From positions 62,001-126,000 of the forward strand of contig QPGO01000110.1 in NCBI GenBank assembly GCA_008632985.1: 64,000 nucleotides of DNA, given 5' to 3'. This DNA comes from Psammoneis japonica. Lineage: Eukaryota. The notes below the pieces were generated by a model. It worked only from the letters and a program-made list of their open reading frames with translations. It was not told where the DNA came from and did no database searches. The position numbers and the translations under genes are program-made. Shown here piece after piece: positions 11,801 through 23,334 of the stretch. Position 1 is the first letter of the stretch; each line of letters begins with the position of its first letter.

Positions 11801-14800
11801 TTTGACGTGCCAATCCTGTCCTTGACATGTGCCCTGCGTGTGTTCAAGCCAAGCAAGTCAAGACTCCCGCTGGTCCAAACATGACTTGGAAGGCAACCCA
11901 GCCATGCCAAGGTCTCACTGTAGATTTTGCTTTTGCTGGCCAGACTTCCAAGAATGAAGACCGCAAGGTTGATTGTCTTGGATGCAATGGTGAAACGTGT
12001 TGGATTGCTGTCTATGATCATCACACGCGGATGCTCCATGGAGCAGCGAGGGTTTCCAAAGCCAGTCCCCTCAAGTGGCTTTGCCGATTCTTGGATCGAC
12101 ATTCACCAAATTGTTGTGACAAATGTGTGTTTGTGGACCAAGGTGGGGAATCATGCAAAAACCCCAAAGTTCGTGACCTCTTTGAACGCGAATTCCAGCA
12201 TGACATCTGTCCTTCTGGCACTGGTGCATCCAACCAATGTGGACCTGTTGAACGCTCACATTTGACTGTTGAAAACGCGATTCGTGCAATTTTAATTGGT
12301 GCCAACCTTCCGATTCGATTCTGGCCCTGTGCATTTTGCCATTGCCTCCGCATCAAGAATGCTGCTCCTGCAAAAGATCAAGATGCGGCACCCATCACTC
12401 TTGCCACCGGAAAGGTCGAAGATTTTACTGCTCTGAAGACTTTCGGATGTCGAGCATGGTCCAAACGGTCCACTGCTTGTTCTGCCACCTTCCGGACCAA
12501 TTCCAAGAAGGGCACATTCCTTGGTCACCTTCCAAACACCCTCAAGAATGTCATGTGGTGGGATCCTGAGACTGACAAAGTCAAGACGGCCAAGCATGTG
12601 TGCTGCAATGAGGGCATGAATGACCTGTTTTTGGATCAACTCCCTCCCAATGCCATCCATTTGCAGTGTGTGGAAAATGGTCAGCCTTTTCCAGCTGAAA
12701 CACAGGACACCACCGTTCCTGTGTTCACGTCTTCGTTGAATCCTTTTGCTGCGACTGTCACATGTGCCATGAAACGTCCTCCAAAGGACCCCACTTGTGG
12801 TTTTGGATTTTCCCAGTGTGCGCTGATGGACCGTGTCTGTGTGTCGGAAATCAAGCAGCACAGTCCTGCGGCTTCCTTGTTTTCTTCCCTCCGTGCTGCC
12901 CGCAACAAGATTGTGGGTGCATGCGTTGTCTCTGTCAACAAGCGTGAAGTCGTTGCTCCATTGGATGCTGAAGAGGCCTCATTTCAGGTCTTCCATGATG
13001 AAATCCCAACTTTCGAGATTGCTTTTGCGCCGGAACGACGATTGGATTCTTGCACCCTTGACAAGGCATTTGAGGAAGCAGAGTCATTTGCACCTGACTC
13101 CATGGAGGACGACTCCCATGTTCCCGAACTCACTTTGGAAGATGTGCGATCTGTTGCGGCTCTTCTCCATCCTGATGATGATTTTTTGGATGAGGCCATC
13201 CCTGCGGATGTCTTCTGTGCACATCTCAATGCGATTGGCTCCCGCTCTCTCACTCCGGAGGAAGCTGCTCTTGACCGCCTCACCCGTGCCAAGCTTCATA
13301 AACTTGACACATGGCCTGAATGGGAAGAAGGCAAACAGCATCAATTGGATCAATTTTGTGCCCTTGGCATGTGTGGTCCTCCACAGCCATGTCCCCCTGG
13401 TGCGAACGTCATGCGTCCGCATTGGGATCACATGGTGAAGCCGGATGGACAACGTCGTTCTCGGCAATGTGGTGATGGCTCCAAGTCGGCAATGCCGGCC
13501 TTGCACAAGTTGACTTCCACCTGTTTGTTGTGTGTGGAACGCTCTGTCGAAAAGATGTTTTTTGCTCTCAGCGCGGCTGTGTTGCATCATGTCTTTGGTG
13601 GTGATGCCTGGGATGCCTGCGCTCATTCTCCTGGTCCTTCCCAGCAGGTTTTTGTTGCTGTTGATGATGCATGTGCCACCTGGTGTGAAAAGAGATTTGG
13701 CAAGACAGTGCCCCACCATTGTGTTCTTCCGCTCAAGCATGCTCTTCAAGGTCATCCTGAGGCTGGTGTCCTCTGGGAAAAGCGCATCAATTCGATTCTC
13801 ACAGGTGCGAAACTTCTTTTCCACAATGCTGCTCACGACAAGTGCATCTGTTCCGGTGAATGTGATGGTGTCAAGGTCCTTCTCCTTTGTCAGGTCGATG
13901 ACTTTGCTCTTGCTTGTCCTTCTGAAAGGATTGCAAAAGAGATCTACGACCATGTTGGCAAGGCTCTCCAGATGGAGAATGAGGATGCTCCTCCCTTTAA
14001 GCATTTGGGCTTGGTTGCTGAATTCAATGGTGTTGATGTCATCCAAAATGACGATTCAATTGCTGTCAACATTGCCAGTTGCCTTGACCGTGTTTTCAAG
14101 ACACATGGTTGGGATGCTCCTGCTGCGCATGAGTCTGATTCTGATTTCAAGGCTGCACCTGTTCCGGTTGATTGCACTCCTGATCTGCACGCCACTGAAG
14201 GTCCTGAAGAGGGCACACCTGAGTGTGACACTCTCGCTGAGTCCCAGAGATTCTCTTGCCATTCTGTTTTGGGTGAGTTGGTCTTTGCCTGCTCTTGTTG
14301 TCACTTGGACATTGGTCATCCTGTTGTCACCTTGTCCAAGTTTTCCAAGGCCCCGGCTGAGCTTCATTGTGATTCACTCAAGCATGTGGCCAAGCATTTG
14401 TGGTGCACCAAACATTGGGGGCTGACGTGTGTGAAGTCTGGGCGCGATCCCAGTCTGCCTCCTTGCGATTTCAAATGGCTTGAGGATGACCCATCTCTCC
14501 TGGACTTTCCTTGTGCTGAAGACTTTTTCCAACTTCTTGGTTTCATTGATGCGGCACATGCCAATGAACTGTGGCGTCGCCGTTCTGCTGCTGGACATGC
14601 GCGTGTCCTCCTTGCTGGTGCTGCAATTGACTGTCGATGCCGCGCGCAAATGATTGCGCTGCCAGTTCCACGGAAGCTGAGTTTCTCGCGGCTGTTGCTG
14701 GTGTGAAACAGACCCTGTGCCTCCGCATGGTTCTGGAAGAACTGGGCTTTCCCCAGCGTGATCCTGCTCCCTTGCACATTGACAACTCCTCTGCTGTCCA

Positions 14801-15005
14801 GATGATCAACAACAAGGTGCCTGCGGAGCGATCCCGCCACGTTGACATTCAACATTTTGCTGTCCAAGACTGGCGTGACGCAGGCAAGATTGTCACTCGA
14901 CACATCCCGGGTGTCATCAACCCTGCTGATGCACTGACCAAGGCTGTGGGTTGGGTGCTCCATTCCCGCCATGCTGCCTGCCGTTTGATGGGACATTGCC
15001 GTTGA
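8844..15005 (+). pseudogene. Copia gag-pol (gag, GAG-pre-integrase, integrase, RT, RNase H), broken by stops and frameshifts
   Basis: WHQRLGHPS pre-integrase motif; integrase DFAF..DQGGE..VERSH; RT QVDDF; RNase H SSTEAEFLAA..IDNSSA..RSRHVDI..NPADALTK. Split across ORFs 8844-9707, 9708-10514, 10633-11805, 11827-14706 and 14637-15005. Confidence 0.9.
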
Positions 15006-15137
15006 TTGTTGTTGGGTTTGTTGTGGATTGAGTCTTGGGTGTGTCTCTGTTTTATTTGTTTTTTGTCTTTGCCATTCTGGTCCTCTCTTTTTATTCGGAT
15101 CGTCTCTTTCTTTCTTGTTGAGCATTGCAATGCTCAT

Positions 15138-15147
15138 CAGGGGAGGG
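15138..15147 (+). other. Polypurine tract of Copia element 1
   Basis: CAGGGGAGGG immediately upstream of the 3' LTR. Confidence 0.8.
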
Positions 15148-15320
15148 TGACAGACATCCCCGAGATGGGGAGTACACTCCCTTGTGTCGGACAGACTAGC
15201 ATAGACAGCATGGAGAGATCCGATGATCTCTCCTTTGCTCACTTTCTTTCTCATCTAGAGTACACGATTATCATCTGTCCTAGACATCCGTTAGATTGTC
15301 CCGATGCCGCTAGTCCGTAA
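15148..15320 (+). repeat. 3' LTR of Copia element 1
   Basis: Direct repeat of 8235-8403; begins TGACAG, ends CCGTAA; followed by TSD TGCGT. Confidence 0.95.
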
Positions 15321-16016
15321 TGCGTTCTTGCCTCCCAACACCAGCTTGTCACTCTGGCAAAAGCAATGAGGAAGATTCACAAGAGATGGACGCAAAACAA
15401 CCATTTTGAATGCTCCTCATTCTCTGGCATCAATGCCAGAGACATTGCTTCTGGAAGGAAGGCATCTTCCTCCACTCGACCTTGTTGAAATCTGACACAA
15501 TGTAACACCATCATTTGCTGTGAGAAAGAATGAAGAGCGCCCAAATCAAAGAAAAGGAAACCCAAAATTGAAAATTCAATGTCTCAAATGACCCTGCTGT
15601 CAGAGTGTTCCACCTAAAAGCACACTTCTTGGAATGGATCGCTGCTGCTTGCCGGCACGAGTGAGGAGCTGTGCTTGATGAGATCACACCTCTTCGTGTG
15701 AATTTAGCTGCGCTTTCGACCTGCCTCCAAGCGCTTGGCAAGCTGTAGCTGTCTTGAATACTACACCTTCTATTTTGGCATGACTTAACCTGCGAAGCGA
15801 GAGATGAGGACTAGTTCGTAATCGTGAATGCTAGCTAGTAGATAGAGTTACCGCTTTGCCCATCCGGACTTTGGCTTACCCGCGTACTTGTTGTAATATA
15901 AGCACCTCCTACGAAGCACGTACTCTACGTTATCACTCCTATCGCACTCAACATCATTGGGGCTACAGTACTGTCAGGTGCAACTAGCTAAAATTGGTTT
16001 TTAACGTACACATCGC

Positions 16017-16687
16017 TCAAGAGATATACTGCAGGTTTCGATAGTACGCGTCATATTCGGCTTTGCTGATCATGCCATCGGAATCCGGGTCAAAGTCTTC
16101 GAACTTTGGAAACTGGGACGCCATTTCGGGGTGTTTCTTCAAATACGCGTTTTTGTGCATGTTGAATTCAGCACGGCTCACTCTGTTGTCATTATCCACG
16201 TCGGCTGCTTCAAATTCGGAATCCAATTGGTGTTTGGTGGCGTCCTGTGCAATTTGCGCGAGCTCGGCATTTTGATTCTGAAGTGCCAACACGTCTTTGT
16301 AATACTGAGAAACGAGTTTCTTTTGGTCTTCTTGGTGCTTTTTGGTGAGCTTCTTGACGGCGCGTTTGGAATGAACCCTGCCCCCTAGGAACCACGTGAC
16401 GGCGCCAAACACAACCGTCTTGCCCCATCCGCCGCTATTTACGTGAACAATTAATAGGTGGAGTGAGTATGGAGCTCAATTTGAACAAGCATCGTATGCT
16501 GCGCTGCTGGTACTCACCCACCAGCAGCTTTCTGGTTTGCGTAGTCGGCATAAAGATTGTCCTGTTGGTACCCATCTGCATAGTCTTGGTAATCTTGATA
16601 GTCGCCATAACCCTCTCCCCGGATTGCGCATACCAGCCACAATAGAAACAAGACACCAGAAACTGATCTTTGAAACAATATCGACAT
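16017..16687 (-). CDS. Secreted/membrane EF-hand protein (2 exons: 16687-16518 and 16434-16017)
   Basis: Exon 1 MSILFQRSVSGVLFLLWLVCAIRGEGYGDYQDY.. is signal-peptide-like. A GTGAGTA..TAG intron keeps the frame. EF-hand loops DVDNDNRVSRAE and DPDSDGMISKAE. Confidence 0.8.
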
Positions 16688-16999
16688 TATTACGAATCAG
16701 GAGGTATGCAGCAGGAAAAGACACAAAGTAACAGACAGCGTGCGTGATGGATGGCAACAACAGGCATTACAGTGATCAGTGATCACGAAAAAATGATGGC
16801 GCCGCATCCACGTGTATCTCGGCGGTTGTGTTGCACGTTGAACTCCCGCCGACAACACGTCATCTGATTTTGGCGTCCATCCAAGACCGAAACAGCGACC
16901 TGCTTTTACCGTAGTACAGCATGGAGAGGCGCATGCGGCTCAGAGGACCCAAGTTAGTGCGTAGAAGAAAACCTCACGGGTGTCGTCCATTTTGCATTT

Positions 17000-19010
17000 A
17001 GAGCAAGCAGAGAGGGAGATTCCGTTGTCCATCGCGAGCTTTTCACAATCTCATCTTGCACACAGCACACAAAAATCTTCGCAACACAACCCATCGTGTG
17101 ACGGCGGCACTTGTTGCTTTTTCTCGTGGCTGGAGCGCCGCAGCTGACGAGCCCCAGCTCTGGGTGGGACTTCGCACTGCCGGACTGCAGCAAGAGAGTT
17201 TTTTGGTCATGCACCACACATGGTGTCCAAACATTTCTGTGTGTGTGTTTCTGCAACACTTTTTGATGCTCCCTGTTTTGTGAAGAACATGAAGCCAAAC
17301 ACAGTGCTTTTTTCATTCTGCCCATTTGTGAAAGCAAAAGTTGGCTGGGCACATTCTTCGATGCCCACAGAATGTGCCCAGCAAACTGGAAATGATGTCC
17401 TCCAAGAATGAAAGAGGAGGATGCAATTGCAAAATTGCCCCCTTTTTTCTGTTGGTGACAGTTGACATGTTGATCACCAAACAAATTTCTTGCTGCGAAG
17501 CTTGCAGAATTCAGCATGTAAAAGCCCCATGGAGTCCCACCCAGTGCTGTCTGTGCAGCACTCAGCATGCCTCATCCCCCCCCACACAACTCAACATCCT
17601 TCCTCGCACACTCTTTTCAGTGCTCAACTTAAGAAACTTGCGCTCCAGCTCTGGGCAGAGTCTCTCACACTGCTGGGCTGTGACATCAATTGCTTTTTTG
17701 TCATGTGCCACTTGTCTCATGCATGTGCACTTCTGTTGCAACTTTGGTGGCAATTTTGCATCATTTTACAGGGAAATTGTTGGGTGGTTCATTCTCAATG
17801 ACTTTTGACATTTGGTGGGTGGGCGGTGGTGCAGTGCAGGCAGACTTTCAAAAATGACAAGTGCAAACCACAGGTGCAGCTGTGTGATCCCCTGGCATTT
17901 TATTTTGTGACTTTTTGTGCTTTTGAACATGTTCCAAGGTGCTGCTGATCTGGTGGGTCTGACTGCCTGCCATGTGATTTGAGAACTTCCTGACCACAAT
18001 CTAGAAAAGTGCTGGCCAGCAAGCTGGGTTTGCACCATCATTTTCAGCTCAGAACAAACCCCGCACAAAGGGCCCTGGTGGAAACTGTGCTCCACTTTTT
18101 ACAAAATTGGTGTTCTTGCCCACAATCAAAAAGCTGGTGCCATCCTTTGTTCTTGTTGTTTTGTCGCTGCAGCATCTCTTCACTCTTGTGTTCAGTGCAA
18201 CAACATGCCACCTCCTGAAGACTTGCCCTTCCCTTCATCTGACACTCTGGTTGCTGATGCTTTGAAAGCACAACTTTTGCCCCTGCTTGTGCCATTGTTG
18301 CTGAAGATGTGCATTTTTTGCATCCTCAAATGTTTTTCTGCATCTGGCTTGCTGTTGATTGGCTCAGCTGGATGGCACGAATGTCAACATCTTTCCATGC
18401 TGCAAGAACCATGTGTCACCATGTGTGTTGTGCCTTGTGTGTCCCATCTGATTGTGGCACACCAAGGTCTTTCACATTGACTTAAGCCAAGTCAACCCAC
18501 CCACTTGAGGTGAGTTGGCAGGCTGTTCACTGCGTTCCATGCCAACCATGCCAGTTTCAGGCCCAACTCATCTCAAGTCACATCTCATGGCAAGCAGCAT
18601 GTCTCATCAGATTTCACCTTTAAAAATGCCGGAGTTCTCTTTCACATTGACTTGAGCCAAATGAGCTCATCCACTGAAGGTGAGTCAGCATGCTGTCCAC
18701 TCCATTCTGCACCAATCAGTTTCAGACCCCACTCATCAAGTCACATCATGGCAAGCATTGGATGTCACCTTTGAAAATGCCAGAGTCTCTTTCAAATTGA
18801 CTTGAGCCAAGTGAACCCAAGGCAGAGTCGGCAGGTCACTCACTCCATTCTGTGCCAATCAGTTTCAGGCCCAACTCATCAAGTCATGTCATGGCAAGCA
18901 TCAGATTTCACCCTCTCTGCATCAAGGCATTCGCTTTTGGACGAACCCCACATCAACATTTCCGGTGCACCACATTCCTGCGAGTTCTTTGGTTGATCCA
19001 TGGTGAGCTT
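17000..19010. other. TpA/CpG-depleted degenerate domain of unidentified repeat
   Basis: Abrupt loss of TpA between two normal genes; contains a tandem repeat. Confidence 0.7.
18471..18912. repeat. Three degenerate tandem copies of a ~150-170 bp unit
   Basis: TTCACATTGACTT(A/G)AGCCAA...CAGTTTCAGGCCCAACTCATC recurs at ~18471, ~18641 and ~18791. Confidence 0.8.
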
Positions 19011-19243
19011 TCATAATTAGAGGCCTCTTGCCCGTCGCATCAAGCAAGCGATTGCCTTACGAATCTTGAAAGACTTCAAAAGGTACAGTATAGAACTCGC
19101 ATTAAAATCATTAGAAAGGAATGTATGAATCTTAACGACTGACGATACCCAGAGCAGACGGCATTTTTGTCAGCCCACAACTCCCAAGCTAAGCATCGAC
19201 ATCAATTCTTCTATCATTTGTCACTTGACCAATGCTGCTGCCT

Positions 19244-19825
19244 TTATGGCTCTGCCGCTGTACAATAGGGTAGCATTGACTCTTGAAAGACCGCGGTCCA
19301 TCCCATTGAAAAGATCGCAAAGAAACCAACGGCGTAGGAACATGTCCGCAGAGCATCAATGCTAAAGACGTAAAAGAATGGATACACCGAGCGACTGAAA
19401 ATAACCAGAGTAGACCACTTTGCAATAAGAACCTGATCCAACTGCAGACTTTGTGCCACAAACAGAGTCGCTATAAAGCATGTCAAGAACTCGGTGGTGT
19501 TATCATGTGCACAATGCATGAGATAAATCCATCCAAGCGCTTCCTCCTTTGCTTGTCCACGAGGATTCTTGTTGTCGGTACCGTTCTTGCGAGTGCTCAC
19601 AACACCCACCAAGTAGCACAAGATAGAAATGAGCCATAACGTCAAGACCCACATTACGGCAAAGTACGGAACCAGATTAACAGGTACTGGCATGAGAATC
19701 AATAACGTATTCGACAATCCTGTTCTGGGCCAGCACAGAGCGGATGCAGCAATGACTCCAAAGGCTGGAACCACAACAGCAACAAGCCCCTTAATACCAA
19801 ACCCATGAAAGCTAAGGAGACTCAT
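19244..19825 (-). CDS. MAPEG-family membrane protein
   Basis: 193 aa; several TM segments; AHDNTTE motif followed by SRSVYPFFY resembles MAPEG. Confidence 0.6.
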   Translation of the reverse strand: MSLLSFHGFGIKGLVAVVVPAFGVIAASALCWPRTGLSNTLLILMPVPVNLVPYFAVMWVLTLWLISILCYLVGVVSTRKNGTDNKNPRGQAKEEALGWIYLMHCAHDNTTEFLTCFIATLFVAQSLQLDQVLIAKWSTLVIFSRSVYPFFYVFSIDALRTCSYAVGFFAIFSMGWTAVFQESMLPYCTAAEP

Positions 19826-20300
19826 TGCATAAGGTGAGATGAGGTGCTTGTATGATCTACTAGGGGGCCCTAAATCAGTTGCGACTCTCGCGAAGTATCG
19901 TTGTCAAACTTGAAGACGGCGCAACTCGTATGCGGTATGCAATGGCTCTCCTCCACTTAAGTAGCTCTGCAAAATGAAGAACCGACTTGAAAAGAAGCAA
20001 TGTCAGAACGACCCGTCGCAAACAGCCTTTCATACACCGGAAATGAACTGCTTATTGCAAGCGCCGAGAAATGATAGATCGATGTTCCGCGATTGTGCTG
20101 TTTGCTGTTAGCAAAGGACACAACGATTTTCCTATTTCTGAAATAAAAACGCGATAAAAGGTCAAAAAATTAGTCGTGACGTCATGCTTTATTTGATAAT
20201 CCCTTCATCTTTTGAAATTTGAATTGACAATTTTTGAAAATCCAAATCCATACCTCAACTCATCAACTCACAACTCACAACAATATAGAGTGAAAGCTCG

Positions 20301-21308
20301 ATGACGTTCTCTCCGCCTCCCATGCCGTTGCTCTCCATTTCCAGTCCAGAAACGATTGAAAAGTGCTCTCTACTGCCTCCATGTAATTCTGATATATTCA
20401 TTTGCTCATATCCCAAGAGCGGGACAACTTGGACGCAGCACATTATTCTGTCGCTGCTCTTCTGTCACTTGACCAACACTGCAACAACCTCTTCAACGCT
20501 GCCACCCACTTACAATCACGTGTCCGAGTACGCTCCGTTTTATGAGATTGATGCACACTGGGAAGAGGAGAGCAACAAATTGATACCACGTATTCGAGAA
20601 AATCACGAGAAACTGGGACGAAGAGTCTTCAACACACACTTGCGTTTCGACATGCTTCCAAAGCCTCGCTCAAAAGACGACGCTCCAAAGCTGATTTACA
20701 TTGTTCGGTCACCTCTCGATGTATGCGTCAGTTTCTATCATCACCTTTCACACCAAGTTGAGGGTGGATACGAAGGTTCTTTTGATGCCTTCTTTTCGGA
20801 TTGGATAAAAGGCAGAATTGCCTTTGGTTCGTGGGTGCATCACGTCCTGTCCTTTGCGCAAGGCATGACCCATGGAAACGAAACTAGTGGACATGTTATT
20901 CGATTGGAAGATGGCCGGCAGATTCTGTTGCTTTCTTATCAAGACATGGTGGAGGATCTAGCCTCAGCGGTGCAACAATTGGTAGACTTCTTGGAACTGC
21001 GTGTTTTTGCTGAGGATTTGAAAGAGCTCGTGCCCAGCTTTTCATTTCAAAGCATGAAGGATGATATGGATCGTTTCCAGCCTCAGAGTGTGACATGGAA
21101 GAACAATTTCTCTTTCTTAAGAAGGGGCATATCGGGTGACTCGGCGGAACTCGTGTCCAAGGAACAAGAAGGAGCGTTTCGAGAGTGGATTGAGAAGGAA
21201 AAATACAAGGAGCTCTTGTCAAGCTGGTTGGAAGGAGCTCATCCATTGCTATTGAGCAAGTTTATTCAATTGGCGGAGGATGATAAAACTGGAGGAGCAT
21301 CCTATTAG
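20301..21308 (+). CDS. Sulfotransferase (Sulfotransfer_1 family)
   Basis: 5'-PSB SYPKSGTTW, 3'-PB RSPLDVCVSFYH, C-terminal FLRRGISGD. Confidence 0.92.
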   Translation: MTFSPPPMPLLSISSPETIEKCSLLPPCNSDIFICSYPKSGTTWTQHIILSLLFCHLTNTATTSSTLPPTYNHVSEYAPFYEIDAHWEEESNKLIPRIRENHEKLGRRVFNTHLRFDMLPKPRSKDDAPKLIYIVRSPLDVCVSFYHHLSHQVEGGYEGSFDAFFSDWIKGRIAFGSWVHHVLSFAQGMTHGNETSGHVIRLEDGRQILLLSYQDMVEDLASAVQQLVDFLELRVFAEDLKELVPSFSFQSMKDDMDRFQPQSVTWKNNFSFLRRGISGDSAELVSKEQEGAFREWIEKEKYKELLSSWLEGAHPLLLSKFIQLAEDDKTGGASY

Positions 21309-21867
21309 CTCCGGTTTGTGGTTGTCGATCTACGTGTAGCCGAGCTGCAATATTCCCCCGCGCGACATCACAAGTTGGTGACGATAGAAAATGAAAGGGA
21401 ACCCTGTCGACGAGGCAATTCGGACTCCGACTGGATGTTTGTTGTCATCACTGGAGCCATCGCACAAGCTCACAAAACATGAGAAGGAGAGAGAACAATA
21501 ATATCCATGAAAGGGTAGCGTTGAGTATCGTCCTGCAGTTTAGCACGAGAAATTCCTATGCGGTCCCTGGGATTATTCAGAGAGTAGCCTATGGTTTGAT
21601 CTCGCCTTTTAGACACAATGCCCTGAGTATTCAAAGCCTTCTTGCTTCGTGAGACTCGTTTCAACGTTTCTTTATTGGGCGGGATGGGTGTTCGGATATC
21701 GTTATTAAAGCTTCCCGTGAGAAAGGGCTCTAAGCTGTAAAGGAGATAGCTTGGTGTGATCTCTGGAACGGCATTGGACACAGCCATTGTCATGACGCTG
21801 CAGAATGATACGGTTGCAAGAAATACCCTGATCATACTGTACGGAAGCGGGAATATATTTTAATGAC

Positions 21868-22415
21868 CATGTATAACATTTAGCTTAGCTGACATACAAT
21901 GCTTAAGTTTAGGTGACAGACAGTACCATCAAAGGTTTACTATGAAGACAGTACTGTCACTGCGTGTCTCACAAACGCCAAAGAACCCTCTCTATATCCT
22001 GCCGAGCATACCTCGCGGTATTCAAATCAATTACCAGCAGCTGCAGCCGAATGTATCGTTGTTGGAAGTCCTCATATCAGTGCAGGTAAGTCAAGGGAGA
22101 GCTTCGGGCAAGAAATACCCTGTTCATACGGAGGCGAGAAGAAGGCCGACTCTGACGACATTAAATTGTAGTGATCATGTAAAACATTTAGCTTAGCTGA
22201 CGTACAATTTTTATTAAGTATAGTTGACAGACAGTACCATAGAATGGTTTACTATGAAGACAGTACTGTGTCGCACAAACGCCAGAGAATCCTCTCTATA
22301 GATCCTACCGAGCATACCTCGCGGAATTCGAATCAATTACCAGCAGCTGCAGCCGAATGTATCGTTGTTGGAAGTCCTAATATCAGTGCAGGTCAGTCCA
22401 GGGAGAACTTCGGGC
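21868..22415. repeat. Tandem duplication (~240 bp) of the 3' end and downstream flank of the neighbouring gene
   Basis: ~21868-22109 is similar to ~22176-22415 (CATTTAGCTTAGCTGAC...TTACCAGCAGCTGCAGCCGAATGTATCG...CTTCGGGC). Confidence 0.85.
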
Positions 22416-22787
22416 TCCTCTGGCTCTTCCACGACAAAGTCATCTTTTTCTTCGGGCTCAGACTCCTCGACGACTTCACGTTCTACTACTTCTTCGCGTT
22501 CCTCCTCCACTGACTCGGACTCGGACGAAGGAGTAGTCACTTCGTCAGGCTCCATTTGGCGTTCTTCAACCACGGGAGCCGGTTTAGGTTCAGGGGCAGG
22601 GTGGAGGCGCTTGTTTGTGGCATCCACAATCTCCTTCGTGCTGGCCTTTTTGCCAAGCTGGGATCGAGTAATTTGAGCTTCCTTGTGGACTTGCTTCCGA
22701 GAGAGGCTTGGATTGTCCTTACGGAGTTTCCTCTCAACGTTGGTGCCTCCTGGGCGGATAAAGCTACGAAGAGGTCCTCTCACCATG
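22337..22787 (-). CDS. Hypothetical protein, basic N-half and Glu-rich C-half
   Basis: ORF 22337-22900; likely start MVRGPLRSF; low-complexity acidic tail ending FGCSCW. Confidence 0.5.
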
Positions 22788-23334
22788 GTTTGGCTTTCAC
22801 TGATTGTAACTTGATAACGACTGAAAAAATTGTGAGGGGTATGAAATGAAGAAGTATCAAAATGTGATCGGAATGTGATCACATTTTCATCGCCAACCAT
22901 CGCGGAAAGTTCAGTCCCGCATTGTATATTGGCGATTTACGTAGCCCGGCGCGTGACATTTCTATTCACGAGTTTATACTCCGTTCGCAGGCAGCCGTTG
23001 AGAATATAAATATTCCTCGATTATGAGTATTTTTAATGACGTGTCAGCTGCGCGCGCGCGAAACGATAAAATTGTGAAGCACAATGACCCAAGTGTGACT
23101 TCTCCATTTTCGAATGACAAAACTGGATAGTCTACTCTCTAGCTATTCTATGATGTTGCCCTAGAGTGTATGGTTGCATCAAACTTGGAAATTTTGGGAA
23201 TAGAATACATAACAACTACTAGCATTGGAAGTCAGTGTCGTTGATGGAATGAACTGGCGCTCGCCCATTAACTTAGGCACCTCGTGCTTCTCGCCGCCCT
23301 CACAAACAATTTTGATTATCGCCTATACCGGCAG

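Larger units (their letters stand above)
8235..15320 (+). mobile_element. Full-length Ty1/copia LTR retrotransposon (element 1), hypermutated and frameshifted
   Basis: LTRs at 8235-8403 and 15148-15320; 5-bp TSD TGCGT (8230-8234, 15321-15325); PBS-like GGTTGTGAGC; PPT CAGGGGAGGG; domain order gag-IN-RT-RH. Confidence 0.95.

Noticed and set aside
8235..15320. Classical fungal-type RIP (C->T) or plain 5mCpG decay as the explanation
   Set aside because: RIP would raise TpA and add stops, and CpG decay does not remove TpA. The LTRs keep their CpGs, and conserved Tyr and the PBS polarise the change as TA->TG/CA.
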